From: an uncultured Eubacteriales bacterium
GTDB taxonomy: Bacteria > Bacillota > Clostridia > Oscillospirales > CAG-382
Direction of reading: 5' to 3'
NCBI GenBank assembly: GCA_934479825.1
Contig: CAKSOW010000003.1
Span: 64,604-128,603, forward strand
Length of the DNA: 64,000 bases
The notes beneath the pieces are model-generated. The model was not told the origin of the DNA and ran no database searches. It was given only the letters and a program-made list of their open reading frames with translations. The position numbers and the translations under genes are program-made. Numbering within the stretch: position 1 is the stretch's first letter; every line of letters starts with the position of its first letter. Shown one piece after another: positions 57,509-64,000 of this stretch.

Positions 57509-58225
57509 TTATTTATAGAGAAACGCAAGCGGATTGATACCGGAAAGTTTGGTGAACAAGATAGCATTGGCTGCGCTTTCTTTATCTATGGCGATGCCTG
57601 CGCCCGGCAGATACGGCAATGCGATGTTTACCACCGTGCAGAAAACGAATACGGCAAGAAGTCCGGCTGCCGCGCCAAAGACGAAGCCGCCTAATTTATT
57701 GGCAAAATGTAATACCGGCAATTTGAAAATGAGATCCAACAACAGCACGGCAAGATTCAAAAGTACAATAGCCGCTAAGAATACGGCAAGCACCGCAAGT
57801 GCGTTGGATAACGTCTCGGCGGCAGGTTCAACGATATAATCGGATAATTTGGCCGCTATCTGCGTTTCGCCGCTTTCGACAAGTTCGGTATATTTTTCCT
57901 TGACTTTATCCGTACCCGTGCCGAAACCGGACAGAAGAGCGGTAATGCCGGCAGGGGCGTCGTCAAGAAGAGTGCCGAGTTTTTCCGAATCCAAGGAATT
58001 GGCTACGTATTCTTCTACTTTTTCGTTTAAATTGTCCGTTAACTGCTTATAGACTAATGTACTGCGAAAATATTCTGCTACGGACGCATGAAAATTGACG
58101 GCAATCAATACCGCGGCGATCGTTACGACCGTACCGCAGACGGATTTGATAAGGCCGCGTTTAGCGCCGCTTATGGCAAACAAAACAAAAATTACGGCAA
58201 TGATAACGTCAAGAAACAACCACAT
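57509..58225 (-). CDS. cvpA: CvpA family membrane protein
   Basis: The MWLFLDVIIAVIFVLFAISGAKRGLIKS start and four TM segments are typical of colicin V production protein family members. Confidence 0.75.
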   Translation of the reverse strand: MWLFLDVIIAVIFVLFAISGAKRGLIKSVCGTVVTIAAVLIAVNFHASVAEYFRSTLVYKQLTDNLNEKVEEYVANSLDSEKLGTLLDDAPAGITALLSGFGTGTDKVKEKYTELVESGETQIAAKLSDYIVEPAAETLSNALAVLAVFLAAIVLLNLAVLLLDLIFKLPVLHFANKLGGFVFGAAAGLLAVFVFCTVVNIALPYLPGAGIAIDKESAANAILFTKLSGINPLAFLYK

Positions 58226-58549
58226 ATTTGTATATCTGTCCTCTCACGATGAGCCTGATGAATAAGGGGGATAGTCTATTGTATGAATTTTAACAAAGAT
58301 ATACCCTTAACATTATAACATTATATCATTCTTTTGAAGTGAAATCAATAGAAAAAGTGTTGGTTTTGTTATTTTTCTTTTAATTTTAAAAATTCGGAAA
58401 CCCGTCTCTTAGGGAAATTTTCCCTAAGAGACGGGTTTAATGTTACTTTTTCGCTTGTACGAAAAAGTAACCAAAGGGGACGTTTTTACGTTCTTTTTGC
58501 TTCTGCAAAAAGAACCAAAAAGCAGACGGGGCTAACGCCCTGCGACCTC

Positions 58550-59266
58550 GGTTCAAAACCCGTGCGGTGAGATTTTAAGTAAAATTTGAAACGTTCTGCG
58601 CATTAAGTTTTTTTGCAAAAGTTTGTTAGAACCGCGATACGCACGGCCACGTTTTGAACCGGTGCAAAAGGGAAACTTTTGATAAGACGCAGAATCGGGT
58701 TTTGAGGAAAATTGAAGTTGCAGTGCGTGCTTGCCGCCGCAGACAGTCGATAAAAAGGGAAACTGCACGTTGTTTTTGGCACGGCGGAAATGGGAAATCG
58801 GTGTGGGTTGGTAAAAGATTAGCGTAAAGCCGTTGCTTGGCATGACATCAAAATGGTGTGAACTGATAGAAACTTTGAGATTTATTAGATGCTTTGTTTG
58901 AGGAAAACCAGAGCTTTTGCATTTTCTTACAAAACTTACCGGTTCTCACAAAAGAAACTCTCTGCTCACTACAAAACAACTTCCGCCAAACTTTTCTTTT
59001 TCCCGTAAAGCTATAAGTCTGTTGCTCAAAATAACACCTCCCACCAAACTTCCCCATTTCCTGAAACACATAACCAGCTGTCCACCCAAATCAAACTTTG
59101 CCTTTTTATAAACACCTGCAAATCCTTGCGCAGTAAAGCATGCGTCTCGCACCGGTTCAAAACATGGCCGTGCGTGTTTGCGGCACTAACAAACTTTTGC
59201 AAAACTTTTTAATACGCTCAACTTTTCAAATTTTATCTAAAATCCCACCGCACGGGTTTTGAACCG
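58550..59266 (+). repeat. Copy C of the interspersed hairpin-bounded element (modules 58550-58661 and 59152-59266)
   Basis: Same architecture and orientation as copy A. Palindrome-rich flanks span about 58398-59385. It lies in the divergent cvpA/pyrH intergenic region. Confidence 0.8.
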
Positions 59267-59450
59267 CACCCTGGGAGTCCAGAGGGCCGCAGCCCTTGGT
59301 CTGCTTTTGGTTACTTTTCGCAGAGGCGAAAAGTAACCGAAAAACGTCTCTTACATACTTTTCGCAAAATGAAAAGCATGTAACCCCAGACAGGCAGTCC
59401 CGGCCTCGCAACCAATATGTCACAATTTCTTGATATTTACAAATAAACTC

Positions 59451-59479
59451 TTGCATTTCGTAAAGATTTTTGATATAAT
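59451..59479 (+). promoter_or_regulatory. Sigma-A promoter of the pyrH-frr-uppS-cdsA operon
   Basis: TTGCAT, 17 nt, TATAAT. Confidence 0.6.
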
Positions 59480-59574
59480 GACTTAGAATATGGATAAGAG
59501 CCGCTTATCTTGCCATAAAACCGTAATTCCACACTATTTTATTTGTAAACATCCGGAAAGGAATGGGAAAACCA

Positions 59575-60282
59575 ATGCCTAAATACAAACGCGTCCTGCT
59601 CAAACTTTCGGGCGAAGCTCTCAAAAACTCCTCGGAAAAAGGAATCATCGATTTTGACTTTACCGCTAAGGTAGCCGAACAGATCAAACGCTGTACCGAC
59701 GAGGGCGTCTCGTTCGGACTTGTTATCGGCGGCGGCAACATCTGGCGCGGCGCAGGCAAAGCCATTGACCGCACACGTGCCGATCACATGGGCATGCTCG
59801 CCACAGTTATCAATTCGCTTGCTGTGCAGACCGTCTTGGAAGAACACGGCGTCCCGACGCGTGTCATGACCGCTCTGCAAATGAATCAGATTGCCGAACC
59901 GTATATCCGCAACCGCGCTGTTTCTCACCTTGAAAAAGGCCGCGCTGTCATCATTGGCTGCGGCACGGGCAACCCCTACTTTTCCACTGACACGGCGGCT
60001 GTTTTAAGAGCGGCTGAAATTGGTGCAGACGTGGTTTTATTTGCCAAGAACATCGACGGCGTTTACACGGCAGACCCAAAAAAAGATCCCAATGCCAAGA
60101 AGATTGATGAAATGACCTACGATGATATCATTCACCACGATCTCGGTGTTATCGACAGCACGGCTTCCTCATTCGGCCGTGACAACAAACTCCCGATCAT
60201 CATTTTCGGTCTGAACGATCCCGAAAACATTTATCGCGCCGTTTGCGGCGAAAAGATCGGCACGATCGTCCGCAACGGTTAA
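59575..60282 (+). CDS. pyrH: UMP kinase
   Basis: [23 protein letters not shown], and the [13 protein letters not shown] motif. The second ATG (59575) has better RBS spacing than 59563. Confidence 0.9.
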   Translation: MPKYKRVLLKLSGEALKNSSEKGIIDFDFTAKVAEQIKRCTDEGVSFGLVIGGGNIWRGAGKAIDRTRADHMGMLATVINSLAVQTVLEEHGVPTRVMTALQMNQIAEPYIRNRAVSHLEKGRAVIIGCGTGNPYFSTDTAAVLRAAEIGADVVLFAKNIDGVYTADPKKDPNAKKIDEMTYDDIIHHDLGVIDSTASSFGRDNKLPIIIFGLNDPENIYRAVCGEKIGTIVRNG

Positions 60283-60312
60283 ACTATTGACAGAAAGAAA
60301 GGAAAACTGATT

Positions 60313-60867
60313 ATGAAACTCGAACTCAAAGAATTTGAAGAAAAAATGAAAAAGTCCGTCGCCGGACTGGAAAGCGAATATGCCACCATCAATGCCGGCC
60401 GCGCAAGCGCATCGGTGCTTGACCGCGTACAGGTCGAATACTTTGGCAGCAATATGCCGGTCAATCAGGTCGCTGAAATTAAAATGCCCGATCCGCGCAC
60501 GCTTGTTATCTCGCCCTGGGACGCTTCCTGCTTAAAGAACATTGAAAAGGCCATTCTTGCTTCGGATCTCGGAATCAATCCGCAAAACGACGGCAAGGTC
60601 ATTCGTCTTGCTTTCCCCCAGCCGACGGAGGAACGCCGCAAGGAATTAGCCAAGAAAGCGGAAAAATTCGCCGAGGAATGCAAGATCGCTGTCAGAAACG
60701 TTCGCCGCGACGCCAATGAAAAAGCAAAGGAAATGAAGAAGAACGGCGATATGACCGAGGACGAACAAAAGGCATCCGAAAAGCAGGTTCAGGATCTGAC
60801 CGACAAATATGTAGCAAACATTGACAAGGTTGCCGACGCCAAAAAGAAAGAGATCATGACGGTCTGA
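60313..60867 (+). CDS. frr: Ribosome recycling factor
   Basis: 184 aa. ...RTLVISPWD..., LGINPQNDG..IRL.FP..TEERRKEL, and VRNVRRDAN. Confidence 0.9.
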   Translation: MKLELKEFEEKMKKSVAGLESEYATINAGRASASVLDRVQVEYFGSNMPVNQVAEIKMPDPRTLVISPWDASCLKNIEKAILASDLGINPQNDGKVIRLAFPQPTEERRKELAKKAEKFAEECKIAVRNVRRDANEKAKEMKKNGDMTEDEQKASEKQVQDLTDKYVANIDKVADAKKKEIMTV

Positions 60868-61634
60868 TGTTCGGTTTTTTTAAAAAGAAACAGGAGCTTC
60901 TTCCGGAACGCGTTCCGAAGCATGTGGCATTTGTGCTCGACGGCAACGGCCGTTGGGCCGCAAAGCGTGCTCTTCCGCGCACAGCCGGTCACAAAGCCGG
61001 TGCGACTAAATTTGAAGAGATTACGGAAGTTTGCCATGAGGCCGGTGTAGAGACCATCACGGCATATGCGTTTTCAACGGAAAACTGGAAGCGGTCAAAA
61101 GAAGAAATTGACGGCATCATTGCGCTTTTAGACACCTACCTGGATGATTTGATTGAGATCAAATACAAGAAAAATATCCGTTTACGCGTACTTGGCGACA
61201 ACACGGCGTTTCCGGATTACATTCAGGAAAAGATCCGGATAGCCGAAGAAAAAACGGCGCCGAACCGGTACAATCTGAATTTATGCCTGAATTACGGAGG
61301 ACGTGCGGAATTATGTCATGCGTTCAACCGTTTAATAGAACGTGGGTTTACGCATGTGACGGAGGAAGACATCGCGTCGGAGGTCTACACAGCGCCGACG
61401 GGGGATCCGGATATTATCATCCGGACAGGCGGCGACACGCGCTTATCCAACTTTTTACTGTGGCAGGCGTCGTATGCGGAATTATATTTTACGCCGACGT
61501 TATGGCCGGATTTCTCGAAAGAGGAATTATATGAGATTTTCCGCAAGTTTTCAAAGACCAACCGCCGCTATGGCGGCTACGGTGCGGAAGCCGCACAGCA
61601 AAATTCACGGAAAAGTTTGGCAGAAAAGAAATAG
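60867..61634 (+). CDS. uppS: Isoprenyl transferase (undecaprenyl diphosphate synthase)
   Basis: HVAFVLDGNGRWA, AYAFSTENWKR, and RTGGDTRLSNFLLWQASYAELYF. The last roughly 17 codons and the stop lie inside the first unit of the 134-bp tandem array. Confidence 0.9.
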   Translation: MFGFFKKKQELLPERVPKHVAFVLDGNGRWAAKRALPRTAGHKAGATKFEEITEVCHEAGVETITAYAFSTENWKRSKEEIDGIIALLDTYLDDLIEIKYKKNIRLRVLGDNTAFPDYIQEKIRIAEEKTAPNRYNLNLCLNYGGRAELCHAFNRLIERGFTHVTEEDIASEVYTAPTGDPDIIIRTGGDTRLSNFLLWQASYAELYFTPTLWPDFSKEELYEIFRKFSKTNRRYGGYGAEAAQQNSRKSLAEKK

Positions 61635-62176
61635 TTTCCGGACGCGAAGGCAAATCCGCCGCGTCGGCATAAACGCCACCGCCGCGGCTCAAAAAAAACA
61701 GAAGTGCAAAGCTTTTGCGGAAGCCGCACAGCAAAATTCACGGGAAAGCTTGGCGGAAAAGAAATAGTTTCCGGACGCGAAGGTTATTCCGCCGCGTCGG
61801 CATAAACGCCACCGCCGCGGCTAAGAAAAAAGCAGAAATGCAAAGCTTTTGCGGAAGCCGCACAGCAAAATTCACGGGAAAGCTTGGCGGAAAAGAAATA
61901 GTTTCCGGACGCGAAGGTTATTCCGCCGCGTCGGCATAAACGCCACCGCCGCGGCTAAGAAAAAAACAGAAGTGCAAAGCTTTTGCGGAAGCCGCACAGC
62001 AAAATTCACGGGAAAGCTTGGCAGAAAAGAAATAGTTTCCACACGCGAAGGTTATTCCGCCGCGTCGGCATAAACGCCACCGCCGCGGCTAAGAAAAAAA
62101 CAGAAGTGCAAAGCTTTTGCGGAAGCCGCACAGCAAAATTCACGGGAAAGCTTGGCAGAAAAGAAATAGTTTCCGG
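61584..62176 (+). repeat. Tandem array, about 4.4 units of 134 bp (the first spacing is 133 bp)
   Basis: The unit start GCGGAAGCCGCACAGCAAAATTCACGG recurs at 61584, 61717, 61851, 61985 and 62119. The units are nearly identical. The period is not a multiple of 3. Confidence 0.9.
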
Positions 62177-62276
62177 ACGCGGAGGCCGCGGAAGGCATCC
62201 GCAAAAAAGATGCATACCCTCACAGATTTCGGCATTATGTATTCCCTTCGGAATATGGCAACAAGGATGTGACGAA

Positions 62277-63140
62277 TTGAAACAGCGAATTATTACAGGA
62301 ACGATTTTCGCAGCGCTCGTAATGGTGGTGCTGTTCTTGTCGCACACATGGGTGTATCCGACAGTCATACTGCTTTTGTGCGTTGTCGGTGCGTCCGAAA
62401 TGCTCCGGTGCGTCGGTGTTTGGAAAGAGCCGCTTTTGAGCGTGCCGGGTATGGTATATGCGGCGGCATGTCCGTTCCTTGCCATGGAATACCGGTACGG
62501 GGTTCTCATGGCGGCCACTATGGCGTATCTCTTCATCATGCTGTTTATGCTGGTTTTTGCCCATGAACGGGTCAACACTGAACGCGTATGCACGGCTTAT
62601 ACCATGATTGTTTATATTACGATCTGTTTTGTATGCTTGATCCGGCTTCGCTATGTCACCACCGAAACCGGCATGGATACCGGGCGCATGGTCGGGCAAT
62701 ACATCTATCTTCTTGTTTTTATTGCCGCATGGGTAACGGATACCTTTGCTTATTTTACCGGCGTTTTCTTCGGAAAGCATAAGCTTTGCCCGAAGATCAG
62801 CCCCAAGAAAACGATCGAAGGCTCTGTCGGCGGCATTGTTTTCTGCGTACTTGCTTTTTTGCTTTACGGATTCGTGGTTTCGCGCCTGTTCCCCTTGGAG
62901 CCGAACTACTTAGGTCTTGCCATAGTTGGTCTTGTCATGTCGGTTCTGTCGCAGGTCGGCGATCTGTTGGCGTCGGTCATCAAACGCACCTACGGCATCA
63001 AGGACTATGGGAAGTTATTTCCGGGACATGGCGGTGTGCTTGACCGGTTTGACAGCGTGCTTTTATTGGCACCGTTCCTTTTAGCTTTGGTTGAGGACGC
63101 ACAGTTTTTACAGCTGATCTTTCAGGTAGCCGCACAATAA
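62277..63140 (+). CDS. cdsA: Phosphatidate cytidylyltransferase
   Basis: The KISPKKTIEGSVGG and GDLLASVIKRTYGIKDYGKLFPGHGGVLDRFDS signatures. The start is probably TTG at 62277, after AAGGA. The upstream ORF extension is repeat-derived. Confidence 0.85.
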   Translation: MKQRIITGTIFAALVMVVLFLSHTWVYPTVILLLCVVGASEMLRCVGVWKEPLLSVPGMVYAAACPFLAMEYRYGVLMAATMAYLFIMLFMLVFAHERVNTERVCTAYTMIVYITICFVCLIRLRYVTTETGMDTGRMVGQYIYLLVFIAAWVTDTFAYFTGVFFGKHKLCPKISPKKTIEGSVGGIVFCVLAFLLYGFVVSRLFPLEPNYLGLAIVGLVMSVLSQVGDLLASVIKRTYGIKDYGKLFPGHGGVLDRFDSVLLLAPFLLALVEDAQFLQLIFQVAAQ

Positions 63141-63157
63141 ATAATTTTTGATTTTTC

Positions 63158-63184
63158 CGAGCCTGCCCTTTTCCGGCAGGCTCG
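63158..63184 (+). terminator. Hairpin after cdsA (no clear U-tail)
   Basis: CGAGCCTGCC-CTTTTCC-GGCAGGCTCG, 18 nt after the stop. Confidence 0.4.
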
Positions 63185-63275
63185 AAACAAAGTCATATGG
63201 TATAGGAAATCATAGAAAAATGACATTCGGGCATATTAGAATAACAAACGCCCGGGAAAACAAAGGACAAAAACA

Positions 63276-64000
63276 ATGATAAAACTTGTGGTCTGCGATA
63301 TTGACGGAACGCTTCTCGAAAAAGGAAATTCTTTTCTTTCGGAGGAAACAGCCGAGGCGCTTGAAAAGCTCCTTGACGCCGGAAAAACCGTGGCTCTTGC
63401 CTCGGGGCGCTCCTATCAGAGCATGCGGCGCGTGACAAAGCAGATGCCGTTTGCCGACAAACTCTATTATATCTGCGATGACGGCGCGATTTGTGTGCAC
63501 GCGGAAAAAACGCTGTATCACAAGCCGTTATCCATCGAAAACCTATTGAAATTCGACCGTAATCCGGCCTATTCCGGCTGTCCGATTTTATATTTTTCAG
63601 ACACGTTTTCCTATGTAACCGGCGCGACACCGGAATTTCTGGAAAAGATCAAGCAGGATGGAATCGATGCCCCCCGCCCGATCTCCGGCATTTACGAAAT
63701 CAAAGAGGCTATCTACAAAATCGGCATTTACGGCGGTATAAAAGGTCTCGAACCGCTTTTACCGCAACCGTTTGATTTGCGTATTTGCTACAATGCGGAC
63801 GGGTGGTTAGAATATGCGTCGCGTTTTGCCGACAAAGGGCTTGCCGTATCCGATCTGCAAATGCGGTTATATTTATCCAAATTTGATACAGCCGCTCTCG
63901 GAGACGGGGAGAATGATTTAAGTATGTTTTCCAAGGCAAAATACACCTTTGCCCGGCGCGACGGACACAAGGAGCTTGCACAGGCGGCAACCGACACATT
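63276..64000 (+). CDS. HAD-superfamily (Cof-type, IIB) hydrolase, 3' end runs off the window
   Basis: MIKLVVCDIDGTLL (DxDGT motif I), ASGRSY (motif II), GDGENDLSMF (motif IV). Open to the last base of the window. Confidence 0.8.
   Translation, partial: MIKLVVCDIDGTLLEKGNSFLSEETAEALEKLLDAGKTVALASGRSYQSMRRVTKQMPFADKLYYICDDGAICVHAEKTLYHKPLSIENLLKFDRNPAYSGCPILYFSDTFSYVTGATPEFLEKIKQDGIDAPRPISGIYEIKEAIYKIGIYGGIKGLEPLLPQPFDLRICYNADGWLEYASRFADKGLAVSDLQMRLYLSKFDTAALGDGENDLSMFSKAKYTFARRDGHKELAQAATDT

Noticed and set aside
58553-59111. Small ORFs inside the repeat copies, such as 58553-58843, 58917-59111, 46421-46705 and 22943-23215, whose translations resemble each other
   Set aside because: The similarity is seen in overlapping frames on both strands at once, so it reflects nucleotide-level repeat conservation. 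The peptides have odd composition, no RBS and no consistent start or stop between copies.
59100-59152. Internal promoters that would drive outward transcription of the hairpin modules
   Set aside because: I could not find a convincing -35/-10 pair with proper spacing just inside any module. There are only isolated TATAAA/TATAAT-like hexamers. The 'divergent sRNA' idea therefore remains a hypothesis in the findings and is not listed as a feature.
61584-62176. CRISPR array or protein-coding repeat as the explanation for the 134-bp tandem units
   Set aside because: The units are contiguous with no unique spacers, and no cas genes are nearby. The 134-bp period is not a multiple of 3, and each reading frame terminates within about 1.5 units (the 74-aa 'MRKPHSKIHGK...' ORFs are repeat artefacts).

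Overview
The window looks like chromosomal DNA from a Gram-positive anaerobe, probably a Clostridia-like Bacillota (inference from gene content: ylbF-mutS, nifS-nifU, comF-lexA, SLH surface protein). Most of it is housekeeping. 1-10.7 kb (minus strand) is an exopolysaccharide/capsule locus: priming sugar transferase, GT4, two GT2, Wzy-like polymerase, acetyltransferase and two chain-length-determinant-like proteins. It is driven by a consensus sigma-A promoter, followed by a leader that reads as a c-di-GMP-I (GEMM-I) riboswitch with an intrinsic terminator. One chain-length-determinant-like protein carries a degenerate GGDEF domain where a tyrosine kinase partner would normally act. The rest of the window encodes topB, a frameshifted NUDIX gene, hslO, miaB, mutS, mgtE, a 1560-aa SLH surface protein, ttcA-like, dacB-like, ftsK, comF, lexA, gltX, glnS, nagA, an FtsX-type ABC exporter, acpP, nifS/nifU, rpiB, tRNA-Lys, a Clp-family ATPase, pgsA, cvpA and pyrH-frr-uppS-cdsA. 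The main unexplained structure is non-coding. There are three copies of a roughly 0.7-0.8 kb element bounded by inverted 113-116 nt hairpin modules and embedded in chains of short palindromes. There is also a 134-bp tandem array (about 4.4 units) between uppS and cdsA, and a roughly 140-nt multi-hairpin 3' module shared by two unrelated genes. No CRISPR array, rRNA, transposase or recognisable defence system was seen.
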